DNA from: an uncultured bacterium
GTDB lineage: Bacteria > Methylomirabilota > Methylomirabilia > Rokubacteriales > DASRDR01
NCBI GenBank assembly: GCA_964509395.1
Contig: CAZDYT010000001.1
Location: forward strand, 1-38,458
Direction: 5' to 3'
Length of the DNA: 38,458 bases
The notes under the pieces are model-generated. The model was not told the DNA's origin. It saw only the letters and a program-made list of their open reading frames with translations, and searched no databases. Below, piece by piece: positions 24,412 to 33,820 of the stretch (within the stretch, counting starts at the first letter, position 1; every line of letters begins with the position of its first letter). The position numbers and the translations under genes were made by a program.

Positions 24412-26328
24412 ATGTGTGGCATCGCGGGGATAGTCCACGCCGACCCGGGGTTCCCGGTGTCCCGTGAGCTGCTGGGCCGCATGACTGATGCCATGGCTCA
24501 CCGGGGGCCGGACGCCGAGAGTGTTCACCTGTGGCGTGGAGCCGGTTTCGGCCACCGGCGGCTCAGCATCATCGACCTTGCCACGGGTGATCAGCCAATG
24601 TTCAACGAGGACCGCACGAAGGCGGTAATCCTCAACGGAGAGATCTACAATTTCCCCGAGCTGCGGTCGGAGCTGGAGGGCCGCGGTCACCGATTCACCA
24701 CCCGCGCAGACACCGAGGTGATCGTCCATGCTTACGAGGAGTTCGGAGTGGGCTGCGTGGCTCGGTTGCGAGGGATGTTTGCGTTCGCGCTCTGGGATGA
24801 GCCGGAGCGACGGCTCCTGCTGGCGCGGGATCGGGTGGGTAAGAAGCCACTCTACTACACGCATGCCGGCGAGCGCCTCTGTTTTGCCTCGGAGCTGAAA
24901 GCACTGCTCCAGGATGCGAGCCTCAAGCGGGGTGTCAGCGCGGAATCGCTCGATGACTACTTCTCGTTCGGCGCAGTCCAGGCACCAGCCACCATCTTTC
25001 AGGGGGTCATCCAGCTCCCGCCCGGCCATTACCTCGTTTGGGAGCGCGGCGCGCCACGAATCGCCGAGTACTGGGACGTTCCCCGAGGTGAGGTGGTGCG
25101 TCGCAGTGAAGTCGAAACTGTAGAGGCGTTCGCCGAGGTCTTCGCCGACGCCGTTCGCGTGCGGCTCGTCAGCGACGTTCCCCTGGGCGCGTTCCTGAGC
25201 GGCGGCGTGGACTCGAGTGCCGTGGTGGACATGATGGCGCGTCTGTCGAACTGGCCGGTGGTGACGACCAGCGTCGGCTTCTCCGAGCGGGCTTTCAGCG
25301 AGCTCGGCCATGCGCGAGCGGTAGCCACCGCCGTGGGCGCCGAGCACCACGAGGTCCTCGTGGAGCCGCGGGCAGTCGACGTGCTCCCGCGGCTCGTCTG
25401 GCATCTGGACGAACCCTTCGCAGATTCGTCGGCCCTTCCCACGTACTATGTGTCTCGAGCGGCGCGCGAGCAGGTCACCGTGGCCCTCTCGGGTGACGGT
25501 GGCGATGAGGTCTTCGCGGGGTATCAGCGTCGCTATGGCTTTCACCGCTGGGAGGCGCGCCTCCGTCGATGGCTACCGACCTCCGTTCGGACAGGCGTCA
25601 TGGCTCCGCTCGGGGCGGTCTACCCAAAGGCGGACTGGCTGCCGCGTCCCCTCCGGGCCCGCTACTTCCTTCAGAATCTCGGCACGACACCGGAGCGCGC
25701 GTACTTCTCGGATCTCTCGCTCTTCCGGGACGACGAGAAGGCCCGGCTGCTCTCCGCCGATTTCAGAAGTGAGCTCGCCGACCACGATCCCTTCACGGCC
25801 TTCGCCCGCCACTTCGAGAGGGTCCGCGGGCTCGACTCGCTGAGTCAACTCCTCTACGTTGACCTGAAGACTTGGCTGGCCAACGACATCCTCGTGAAGG
25901 TCGACCGGATGAGCATGGCGAACTCGCTCGAGGTCCGTGCCCCGCTCCTCGACCACAAGGTCATCGAGTTTGCCGCCACTGTGCCGCCCGATCTGAAGTA
26001 CCGAGGGCGCACTTCGAAGTACCTTCTGAAGCGTCATCTGGAAGGGCGCGTGCCGCGGTCTGTGATCCACCGGCCGAAGCAGGGGTTCGAGATCCCGCTG
26101 GCGAGCTGGCTCCGCGGCGAGTTGCGAGAGATGGCGGCGGATCTGCTCCTCTCTCCGCGATCGCTCGCGCGCGGATATGTGCGGCCCGAGGGAGTGCGCC
26201 GGCTCTGGCAGGATCATCAGACCAGAGTGCGGGATCACTCGGCCCGAATCTGGGCGCTCATCGTCCTCGAATTGTGGCACCGCTCGTTCGTGGATGAGGC
26301 GCCCGGGCAAGGAGCCCCGAGGTCATGA
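24412..26328 (+). CDS. Asparagine synthetase (glutamine-hydrolysing) family amidotransferase, second intact paralog
   Basis: The true start is ATG 24412 (MCGIAGIVHAD), 2 nt after the upstream TAG. Track ORF 24106.. carries a spurious 102-aa extension overlapping the methyltransferase. HRGPDAES, HRRLSIIDL, NGEIYNF, ADTEVIV and PP-loop AFLSGGVDSSAVV are present. Confidence 0.93.
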   Translation: MCGIAGIVHADPGFPVSRELLGRMTDAMAHRGPDAESVHLWRGAGFGHRRLSIIDLATGDQPMFNEDRTKAVILNGEIYNFPELRSELEGRGHRFTTRADTEVIVHAYEEFGVGCVARLRGMFAFALWDEPERRLLLARDRVGKKPLYYTHAGERLCFASELKALLQDASLKRGVSAESLDDYFSFGAVQAPATIFQGVIQLPPGHYLVWERGAPRIAEYWDVPRGEVVRRSEVETVEAFAEVFADAVRVRLVSDVPLGAFLSGGVDSSAVVDMMARLSNWPVVTTSVGFSERAFSELGHARAVATAVGAEHHEVLVEPRAVDVLPRLVWHLDEPFADSSALPTYYVSRAAREQVTVALSGDGGDEVFAGYQRRYGFHRWEARLRRWLPTSVRTGVMAPLGAVYPKADWLPRPLRARYFLQNLGTTPERAYFSDLSLFRDDEKARLLSADFRSELADHDPFTAFARHFERVRGLDSLSQLLYVDLKTWLANDILVKVDRMSMANSLEVRAPLLDHKVIEFAATVPPDLKYRGRTSKYLLKRHLEGRVPRSVIHRPKQGFEIPLASWLRGELREMAADLLLSPRSLARGYVRPEGVRRLWQDHQTRVRDHSARIWALIVLELWHRSFVDEAPGQGAPRS

Positions 26329-27062
26329 CGATCTTCGAGGCAGAGTGGCGCGCCCGTTTCGAACGCTTTGGCCGCAGCTACGCGGAGGAGCATTTTGTCT
26401 CGGGCTGGTCCCCCGCGGGGCTCGCGCGCCGTTTCAGCCTGTTCGAGCAGTTGATTGGCCATCTCGCGCTCCCAGTGGGCTCCCGCGTCCTGGAGCTAGG
26501 ATGCGGGGCCGGCACCTACGTGCGTCGCCTGGCAGAACTGGGCCATTCTGTGGTCGGCATCGATTATGCGCTCCCGAGCCTCGGCCGCGCCGTTGAAGCC
26601 GATCCGGGCCGAAAAGGCCGATACCTGGCGGCGGATGGTCACGAACTGCCGTTTACGCCCGAGTGCTTCGATCTGGTCGTCTGCATCGGGGTGCTCCAGG
26701 CGGTAAGCCGACCCGGGCCGTTGCTGGACGAGATGATCCGAGTCCTGCGCCCGGAGGGGCTCCTCGTGGTGGAGGCGCTCAACGCACTGGAAATTCCGGC
26801 GCTCGCCCGGCGACTCTCGGAGATCGCCGGAGGCCGGCGCTCACGGGTCCGGCATGACTCGCCGTTTGAAGTTTGCCGGGCGCTTGAGCAACGGAAGATC
26901 CGTCACCTGCGGCGTGTTGGCGTCTACCTTCTGCCGCGCCGCTTCCCGCGGCTAGGGCGGATCCTGGACAGTCGGGGGCTGATCCGGCTCATCGAGATGG
27001 TTCCCGGCGGCTCGCTCGTGATGGCCCACGCGTTCTGGTACGTGGGGCGGAAGTCGTCATGA
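26325..27062 (+). CDS. Class I SAM-dependent methyltransferase
   Basis: ATGA overlap with the upstream stop. Motif I VLELGCGAGTYVRRL, then VVGIDYA, FDLVVCIGVLQAV and EGLLVVEALN. Confidence 0.85.
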   Translation: MTIFEAEWRARFERFGRSYAEEHFVSGWSPAGLARRFSLFEQLIGHLALPVGSRVLELGCGAGTYVRRLAELGHSVVGIDYALPSLGRAVEADPGRKGRYLAADGHELPFTPECFDLVVCIGVLQAVSRPGPLLDEMIRVLRPEGLLVVEALNALEIPALARRLSEIAGGRRSRVRHDSPFEVCRALEQRKIRHLRRVGVYLLPRRFPRLGRILDSRGLIRLIEMVPGGSLVMAHAFWYVGRKSS

Positions 27063-28240
27063 CGATTCTGCATATCCTGGATCACTCGGTCCCGCTCGCC
27101 AGCGGCTACAGCTTCCGCAGCCGGAACCTGGTCAGGTTCCAGCAACAGGTCGGACTGCGGCCGGTCGTCCTTACCTCCCCCCGACAGGGGAGTGAGCGGG
27201 ATGGTGCCGACACGCTGGAGGGCGTCCGCCATTACCGGACTGGCCCTGTCGGAGGGCGGCTATCGTGGCTCCGCGAGGTCCGACAGATGGGACGCATGGC
27301 GATGCGCATCGCGGCGGTCGCCCGTAGCGAGCGCGCCTCGTTCCTCCATGCGCACTCGCCGCTGCTCAACGGTCTCCCGGCGCTCTGGGCGGGCCGCCGC
27401 CTCGGACTTCCGGTCATCTACGAGGCCCGGGCGTTTTGGGAAGACGCCGCCGTCGACCATGGAACGGTTCGCCAGGGATCGCTTCGCTACCGCCTCATCC
27501 GGCTCGTGGAGACCTGGCTCTTCCGCAAGGCCGACCGGGTCGTCACGATCTGCGAGGGAATGCGCAAGGAGATCGTGCGGCGGGGCGTGGACGCGGCGCG
27601 CGTCGCCGTCGTTCCCAACGGAGTCGACGTGGACGTGTTTCGGCCACGTTCCCGGAGCGAGAGCCTGGCCAAGAGGATCGGGCTGAACGGAGGTCCAGTC
27701 TTCGGCTTCATCGGGTCCTTCTACCGCTACGAGGGACTCCGCTTCTTGATCGACTCGATCCCGGCGATCCGCGAGGCTCTCGTCGGCGCCAGGGTGCTGC
27801 TGGTCGGGGGAGGGGAAGAAGATGCCGCGCTCCGGACCGCGGCGGCGTGTCTGGGCGATACCGTGGTTTTCGTTGGGCAGGTGCCCCACCAGCGGGTCAG
27901 CGAGTTCCTTTCGGTGATGGACGTCTTCGTGTGCCCGCGCCGACGGATCCGCCTGACCGAGTTGGTGACACCTCTCAAGCCGCTGGAGGCGATGGCCATG
28001 GGGAGGCCGGTGTTGGCCAGCGACGTGGGAGGGCACCGGGAGTTGATCCGGCACGAGGCTACCGGTCTGCTCTTCCCCGCGGAGAGTCAGCGGGCCTTCG
28101 TCGCCCAGGCGACGCGCGTCGGCGCCGATCCGCTTCTTCGGAAGGCGCTCGGCGAGACTGCCCGCAGTTACGTGCTGGGAGAACGCAGTTGGGACCGAGT
28201 GGTCCCGATGTACTTGCGAATCTACTCAGAACTTGCATGA
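27059..28240 (+). CDS. Glycosyltransferase family 4 (PEP-CTERM/exosortase-A-associated type)
   Basis: ATGA overlap with the upstream stop. N-terminus MTILHILDHSVPLASGYSFRSRNLVRFQQQVGLRPVVLTSPRQ resembles the exosortase-associated GT family I recall. GT4 motif PLKPLEAMAMGRPVLASDVGGHRELI is present. Confidence 0.88.
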   Translation: MTILHILDHSVPLASGYSFRSRNLVRFQQQVGLRPVVLTSPRQGSERDGADTLEGVRHYRTGPVGGRLSWLREVRQMGRMAMRIAAVARSERASFLHAHSPLLNGLPALWAGRRLGLPVIYEARAFWEDAAVDHGTVRQGSLRYRLIRLVETWLFRKADRVVTICEGMRKEIVRRGVDAARVAVVPNGVDVDVFRPRSRSESLAKRIGLNGGPVFGFIGSFYRYEGLRFLIDSIPAIREALVGARVLLVGGGEEDAALRTAAACLGDTVVFVGQVPHQRVSEFLSVMDVFVCPRRRIRLTELVTPLKPLEAMAMGRPVLASDVGGHRELIRHEATGLLFPAESQRAFVAQATRVGADPLLRKALGETARSYVLGERSWDRVVPMYLRIYSELA

Positions 28241-29486
28241 GGTGACCGTGCGAGTCCTCGTACTGAGCTCGGTCTTTCCGAATCCGAGACAGCCGGCTCT
28301 GGGGGTGTTCATCCGGCAGCGCGCGCGGCTGGTGGCCCGCCACTGCGAGCTCAGGGTGGTGGCGCCGATACCCTGGTTCCCGCTCAACGGCCTGATCCGC
28401 GGCCCTCACGTGACAGGGGTTCCGGCGTTCGAGATGCAGCAGGGCCTCTCTGTGTATCATCCCCGGTTCTTCTGCGTTCCCCGGTATCTCAAGTGGCTCG
28501 ACGCGCTGCTCTACGCAGGCTCACTCCTTGCCTTCGTGGTTCGCCTCCGCCGGGAGTTTCCGTTCGATCTGATCGACGCCCACTTCGTGTATCCGGATGG
28601 GGCGGCCGCCGTCATGTTGGGCAAGGTGCTTCGCATCCCGGTCCTCATAACGGTGCGCGGGAGCATCGTCCGGCTCTCAGGCTACCCCCTTCATCGTCCC
28701 CAGATCGGCTGGGCACTTCGGCGGGCCAGCGGCATTGTGGCGGTCAGCCAGTCACTCAAACACGTCGCGATGCAGCTGGAGATCCCAGCACACGAGATTC
28801 GCGTGATTCCCAATGGCGTGGACACCAAGCAATTTCATCCCTCGGACCGTGCCGCGGCTCGAGCGGCGTGCGGGCTTGCGGTCGACCGAACGATCCTCCT
28901 CGCCGTCGGCGGGATCTACGATGGCAAGGGACACCACCTTGTCGTAGACGCGCTTGCGGGTCTTGTCACTCGCCACCCCAACCTACTCTACGTCATCGTT
29001 GGTGCAGAGCGCCCGGGGGACAGCTACCGAAGGAATCTCGAACGGATGATTGCGGCCCGCGGTCTCGTGGAGCATGTTTTCATCGCCGGCCCGCGCCCTC
29101 ATGACGAGCTCCCCCGGTGGTATGCGGCAGCTGATCTCTTCTGCCTGGCGACGCGCTCGGAAGGGTGGGCGAATGTTCTGCTCGAGGCCATGGCCAGCGG
29201 AGTTCCTGTGGTGACGACAGACGCAGGCGGGAATGCCGAGATCGTGCGCGACGGGCGTGACGGGCTCCTCGTCCGATTCGGCGACGCGCGCGGGCTGGCC
29301 TCGGCCATCGAGGAGGCACTGGGCCGGCAGTGGGACCGTGACGCCACGGTCGCCTACGCCCGGGGCTTGAGCTGGGAGCGCGCTGCAGAGACTGTGCTCG
29401 AGGAGTTCCGGCGTCTCGTGCCCGTAGCCCCGAGCGAGGTTCGCGTGGGGCAGGCCATCGACTACTCACCCCGAAACAACGCATGA
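28233..29486 (+). CDS. Glycosyltransferase family 4
   Basis: VRVLVLSSVFPNP N-terminus. The start is uncertain among TTG 28233, GTG 28242 and GTG 28248. GT4 motif GWANVLLEAMASGVPVVTTDAGGNAEIV is present. Confidence 0.85.
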   Translation: MHEVTVRVLVLSSVFPNPRQPALGVFIRQRARLVARHCELRVVAPIPWFPLNGLIRGPHVTGVPAFEMQQGLSVYHPRFFCVPRYLKWLDALLYAGSLLAFVVRLRREFPFDLIDAHFVYPDGAAAVMLGKVLRIPVLITVRGSIVRLSGYPLHRPQIGWALRRASGIVAVSQSLKHVAMQLEIPAHEIRVIPNGVDTKQFHPSDRAAARAACGLAVDRTILLAVGGIYDGKGHHLVVDALAGLVTRHPNLLYVIVGAERPGDSYRRNLERMIAARGLVEHVFIAGPRPHDELPRWYAAADLFCLATRSEGWANVLLEAMASGVPVVTTDAGGNAEIVRDGRDGLLVRFGDARGLASAIEEALGRQWDRDATVAYARGLSWERAAETVLEEFRRLVPVAPSEVRVGQAIDYSPRNNA

Positions 29487-30655
29487 TTGCGCGTCTCTTG
29501 ACGAACAGGCTCTTCCGGACCGAGGCGCGCCGTGCGCTGCTTCGTGACGCCCTCGGATGGCATGGCCCCGCCCTCTCCACGCGCAGCCATCTCGAAGAGG
29601 TCGCTCGATGGATCCTCCGGGCGCAGGCCGCAACCCCCGACGACGGTGTTTCGGGCGGGTACTCATTTGAGGATGGCTGGATCGCTTCCTACCCAGAAAC
29701 CACCGGTTACATCATTCCGACCCTGCTGACCTACGCGGACTACTCGGGCGACCGGGAATACGCAAGGCGGAGCCTCGCCATGGCCGAATGGGAACTCACC
29801 GTGCAGCACCCGGGTGGCGGGTTCCCCGGTCATTTCGTCGATCGGCCACACCCGCCGGTCGTGTTCAATACCGGACAGGTCATCTTCGGACTCCTCGCGG
29901 CGCACGAGGCGTCGAAAGACCGGCGGTACCTGGAGGGGGCCGTCCGCGCGGCCAACTGGCTGGTGCGCGTCCAGGACGATGATGGGGCGTGGCGGCGTCA
30001 CGAGTACCGGGACACACTGCACGCCTATAACACGCGCACCGCCTGGGCGTTGGTCGAGGTCGGACTCGTGTCGGGCGACGACAGATTCGTCTTCGCGGGT
30101 AGACGGAACCTGGACTGGGCGCTGTCGCAGCAGGAGCCCGACGGCTGGTTCCGCCACTGTGGGTTCTACGCTGGAGAGGATGCCTTTCTGCACACGATTG
30201 CCTACACCACTCAAGGACTTCTTGAGGGCGGACTCCGGCTCGACCGGTTGGATCACGTCTCCGCGGCGTCGCGTGCCTGCCGGGCGGTCCTCGCGCATCT
30301 CACAGCGGAGGGTTTCATACCCGGCCGGTTCGGACCTGGATGGAAACCCACGGCTCGGTACTCCTGCTTGACGGGGAACGCCCAGATCGCGGCCCAGTGG
30401 TTTCGCCTCTATGACATCTTGCGAGTTCCGGCGTTCCTTGATGGTGGCCGGCGCGCCACCGGTTTTCTCAAGAGGCTGCAGGACTGCCGCACCGAGAACC
30501 TGAACATCAGGGGAGCCGTGAAGGGCTCGCATCCGATCTGGGGGCGGTACGCGTTCGGAAGCTACCCAAACTGGGCCGCAAAGTTCTTCATGGACGCCCT
30601 CCTGATGGAGGAGGCCGTCCTCGCCGGTGACGTGACATGCATCCGCTGCTGGTGA
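29483..30655 (+). CDS. Predicted alpha/alpha-toroid protein with QW-type (prenyltransferase/terpene-cyclase-like) repeats; function unknown
   Basis: ATGA overlap with the upstream stop. QW-like motifs are VQDDDGAWRRHEY and QQEPDGWFRH, plus RWILRAQAATPDDGVSGGY. The repeated helical pattern includes ANWLV and LDWAL. Confidence 0.6.
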   Translation: MIARLLTNRLFRTEARRALLRDALGWHGPALSTRSHLEEVARWILRAQAATPDDGVSGGYSFEDGWIASYPETTGYIIPTLLTYADYSGDREYARRSLAMAEWELTVQHPGGGFPGHFVDRPHPPVVFNTGQVIFGLLAAHEASKDRRYLEGAVRAANWLVRVQDDDGAWRRHEYRDTLHAYNTRTAWALVEVGLVSGDDRFVFAGRRNLDWALSQQEPDGWFRHCGFYAGEDAFLHTIAYTTQGLLEGGLRLDRLDHVSAASRACRAVLAHLTAEGFIPGRFGPGWKPTARYSCLTGNAQIAAQWFRLYDILRVPAFLDGGRRATGFLKRLQDCRTENLNIRGAVKGSHPIWGRYAFGSYPNWAAKFFMDALLMEEAVLAGDVTCIRCW

Positions 30656-32001
30656 AGAAGATCCTGTTCCCGGCGCATGAGTGGCTACTCGGCAAGCGGA
30701 CGCTGGCCCGGCTGTTCGACCTCGATCGGACGCAGTGGTTGGCGCCTGCTGCGCTGGAGGAGTACCGGTTCGAAAGGCTCAGGCGACTGCTCGAGTATGC
30801 GTACGCCTATGTTCCCTATTACCGGCGTGTTTTTGACGAGCACGAAGTTCCGCCTCGTCGCGTGCAATCCTTCTCCGACCTTCGCCGCGTGCCCTATCTG
30901 ACCCGGGAGATGGTACGTGCCCACCAAGGAGAGCTCAGGCCTCGCGTGCCGGTTCGTGGTGCGCGACCATTCAGCACGGGCGGCTCCACTGGAAGCCCGG
31001 TAACGGTCTTCATCGACATGGAACGCATGGCGTTCTCGGACGCCTCGCGCCTTCGGGCTCACCGCTGGTTCGGGTTAGAGATCGGCGTGCGCGAGATCGC
31101 GCTGTGGGGCTCTGTGCGAGACTTGAGTCGCCAGGGAGCCCTCCGCGTGCTGCGTGATCGGCTGTTGAACTATCGAACCCTGTCCGCCTTCGACTTGGGC
31201 GAGCGGGCTTTGGGCGCGTATGCTCGGCTGCTTGACCGCTTCCGACCTGCGAAAATATACGGCTACGCCAGTGCGATCACACTGCTCAGTCAGTATCTGA
31301 GTCGCCGAGGGCTCACCCGGGCCGCGCGGTCCCTCCGGGCGGTGTTCTCGACCGCAGAGCCGCTGTTCGGTTATCAGCGAGCTCTGATCCGAGAGGGGCT
31401 CGGGTGCGTGGTAGCCGAGGAATATGGGTCACGCGATGCGGGCTTGATCGCCAACGAGTGCCCAGCGGGAGGCCTCCACGTGAACGCGGAGGGTATTCAC
31501 GCCGAGGTGCTCGGTCCGAGCGGCGAGGCCGGTGAACTCGTGATTACCAATTTCGACACCCCTGCGATGCCGATCATTCGCTACCGCACGCAGGACATCG
31601 GGGTTCTTGGCCGTGCCGGATGCCGCTGTGGCCGAACGCTACCAGTCCTCGCTGGTATCCAGGGTCGAAGCACTGACTTCCTTGTGACTCCTGATGGTCG
31701 GGTGCTTCACGCGCTGGCAGCGATTTACATTCTCCGCGAGATTCCTGGAGTCCAGGAGTTTCAGATTCTGCAGGAATCACTGAACCGCGTCATCGTCCAC
31801 GTCGTCCCGTGCGTTACGTTCGGGGAGGGCCAGTTGGGCGCGATCAGGGCAGCGATGCAGGGTCTGATGGGCCCCGGCGTTCTCGTCGATGTCGTGAGCA
31901 CAAGCTGCATCGATCGGCCGGTATCCGGGAAGCATCGATATGTAATCTCTGCGGTGGCCGACGCGTACTTGGGCGCGATGCTGGAAAGAGTGGCGCGATG
32001 A
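30637..32001 (+). CDS. CapK / phenylacetate-CoA ligase (PaaK) / F390-synthetase-like adenylate-forming enzyme
   Basis: FSTGGSTGSPVTVF phosphate-binding loop, IYGYASAI, AEEYGSRDAG, and a C-terminal SGKHRYVIS. ATG 30637 overlaps the upstream CDS by 19 nt. An alternative GTG at 30652 would give a GTGA overlap. Confidence 0.8.
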   Translation: MHPLLVKKILFPAHEWLLGKRTLARLFDLDRTQWLAPAALEEYRFERLRRLLEYAYAYVPYYRRVFDEHEVPPRRVQSFSDLRRVPYLTREMVRAHQGELRPRVPVRGARPFSTGGSTGSPVTVFIDMERMAFSDASRLRAHRWFGLEIGVREIALWGSVRDLSRQGALRVLRDRLLNYRTLSAFDLGERALGAYARLLDRFRPAKIYGYASAITLLSQYLSRRGLTRAARSLRAVFSTAEPLFGYQRALIREGLGCVVAEEYGSRDAGLIANECPAGGLHVNAEGIHAEVLGPSGEAGELVITNFDTPAMPIIRYRTQDIGVLGRAGCRCGRTLPVLAGIQGRSTDFLVTPDGRVLHALAAIYILREIPGVQEFQILQESLNRVIVHVVPCVTFGEGQLGAIRAAMQGLMGPGVLVDVVSTSCIDRPVSGKHRYVISAVADAYLGAMLERVAR

Positions 32002-32804
32002 GCCGAGTCGTACTCCTCACTCGACCGTCGAACTGGCAGGGGGTGCTCACACTTCGAGAGTGCTCGCGGCAAGGTCTTGCCGTGTCGGGCGTGATCCTCG
32101 AGCCGAAGGGGTTAGGCGAGAGGCTGAGAAGGCTGTGGAAGTTCCTAAAGCTCAACGGTCCGGCAGATACGGCACGCAAAATCTGGCACACGGTGCTGTC
32201 GGATAGACGCTTCCGACGGGAAGTGAAGCGGGTCTATCGAGACGATGTGCCATCCAGCGTCCGAGACATTGGATCTCTTCTCGGCATGCCGGTTTACGAA
32301 GTCGGTTCCCATAACGACCAGCAGTGTGAGCAGCTTCTGGAAGAGCTTTCGGCCGACTTCATATTGCTGGCCGGCACGTGCATCATCAAGCCGCATATCC
32401 TCAAACAAGCACGACTCGGATGTCTCAACGCCCATACAGGGTGGCTTCCGGACTATCGCGGCGTTCACGCCAACCTGTGGTCGCTCCTTGAGGGGGGAAG
32501 GCTCGGTGTCACGGTCCATTATGTGGATCCTGGTGTTGACACGGGGCCGATTCTCCTTCGTGAGGAGCTGCGGGTCGTCCCGGGAGATACCCTCGAGACC
32601 ATCGAGCTGCGGACCGCGGAGCTCTGCGCGCGAATGATGGTCGACACCATCAAGGCGATCGAGAACGGGGCGGCCGTTCCTTGCCCCCAGCGCTTGGGTG
32701 AGGGCCGCTGTTACCGGGCCCTTCCGTTTCGCAAGGAACAGGAGGTCCGTCGGCTTCTCAAACGGATGGCGCGGGCAGGCGTGGCTAATGGACAGGCGTC
32801 ATGA
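31998..32804 (+). CDS. Formyltransferase-fold protein (Fmt/ArnA N-terminal domain-like)
   Basis: ATGA overlap at 31998; the track ORF starting at 31809 carries an alternative-frame extension. The catalytic-triad context is CLNAHTGWLPDYRGVH (Asn..His) and VHYVDPGVDTGPIL (Asp). This aligns by eye to Fmt INVHGSLLPRWRG and DVGLDTGDML. Confidence 0.85.
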   Translation: MSRVVLLTRPSNWQGVLTLRECSRQGLAVSGVILEPKGLGERLRRLWKFLKLNGPADTARKIWHTVLSDRRFRREVKRVYRDDVPSSVRDIGSLLGMPVYEVGSHNDQQCEQLLEELSADFILLAGTCIIKPHILKQARLGCLNAHTGWLPDYRGVHANLWSLLEGGRLGVTVHYVDPGVDTGPILLREELRVVPGDTLETIELRTAELCARMMVDTIKAIENGAAVPCPQRLGEGRCYRALPFRKEQEVRRLLKRMARAGVANGQAS

Positions 32805-33820
32805 ATGTCTCTAGCTCTCCGCCGCCACAGTGGGACCGGATGGTCGCCGCACCATGCCAACTCACCGGTTTTGCGGCCGCCATGACGACTATGGGATACC
32901 ACCCCCTCTATCTCTTCGAGGGCGATCAGCGCGCCCTGGCGCTGGTAAGGGGATGGACCCGCGGAGTTCGACGTGTGATCGCGCGGGCCAATCTGTTCGC
33001 TGCTGGTGTGGACGGGGGCTTTGTCACACGGGCAGTGGAGGCCATGGCGCAGCTCGGTGTGTCCTACGTGAGAGTGGGGGATTCGATGTGGGGGCTCGGC
33101 AAGTCCGAAACGACGAACGCTTCGCACGGTGCGCGAACTACGGTCATCCAACGTCATACATTCGTTCTGGATCTGGCGCAGAGCGAGGAGATGCTGCTGA
33201 GGAACCAAGGACCCAGTGTGCGCACCTCAGTGCGAAAAGCCGAGAGGGCCGGCGTGGAGGTTCGGGAGATCACCACGAGCGCGGACCTCGAGGCGTACTG
33301 CGCGTTGGCGAGGGGGACCTCCGCTAGAGTCCGAAGCGTGAGCGCGTATACGGATTTCCCGACCAGCTTCTTCACGGAGTTGTTCAAGCGCATGACGGGA
33401 ACGGGGGCGGCAAAGTTTTACCTGGCTTGTATCGATGCTACCCCCGTGGCGGGAGCCATCTTTCTATGCTCGAAGGAAAGGATGCTGTATTTCGCGGGGG
33501 CCTCGACCCGTGACCGAGCGTACACGGCTCTTCAAGCGCCGACTGCCGTGCTCTGGCACGCGATTCGGGGGGCCAAGCGCCTCGGACTGAGCCGCTTCGA
33601 CTTCGGAGGTTGCACACCCACGGAGGATCCGCGGGATCCGCGCTATGGGGTGTACGCATTCAAGAGGCGGTGGGGAGGGGACCTGGAGACGTTCTACAAC
33701 CTCGAGGTTGTCGTGGCACCGGCGCTGGTATGGTTCCAGGACCGCGTGCTATCGCCTCTCTGGAACCGTGTGCATCCCTTCTACTTTAGGCTCCTTGAGC
33801 TCAGGAAGGCGCTCCCATGA
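32801..33820 (+). CDS. FemAB-family (aminoacyl-tRNA-dependent transferase-like) GNAT-fold protein, PEP-CTERM-system-associated type
   Basis: ATGA overlap with the upstream stop. 339 aa with SVRTSVRKAERAGVEVREI, FYLACIDATPVAGAIFL and FDFGGCTP...YAFKRRWGG. Confidence 0.8.
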   Translation: MNVSSSPPPQWDRMVAAPCQLTGFAAAMTTMGYHPLYLFEGDQRALALVRGWTRGVRRVIARANLFAAGVDGGFVTRAVEAMAQLGVSYVRVGDSMWGLGKSETTNASHGARTTVIQRHTFVLDLAQSEEMLLRNQGPSVRTSVRKAERAGVEVREITTSADLEAYCALARGTSARVRSVSAYTDFPTSFFTELFKRMTGTGAAKFYLACIDATPVAGAIFLCSKERMLYFAGASTRDRAYTALQAPTAVLWHAIRGAKRLGLSRFDFGGCTPTEDPRDPRYGVYAFKRRWGGDLETFYNLEVVVAPALVWFQDRVLSPLWNRVHPFYFRLLELRKALP

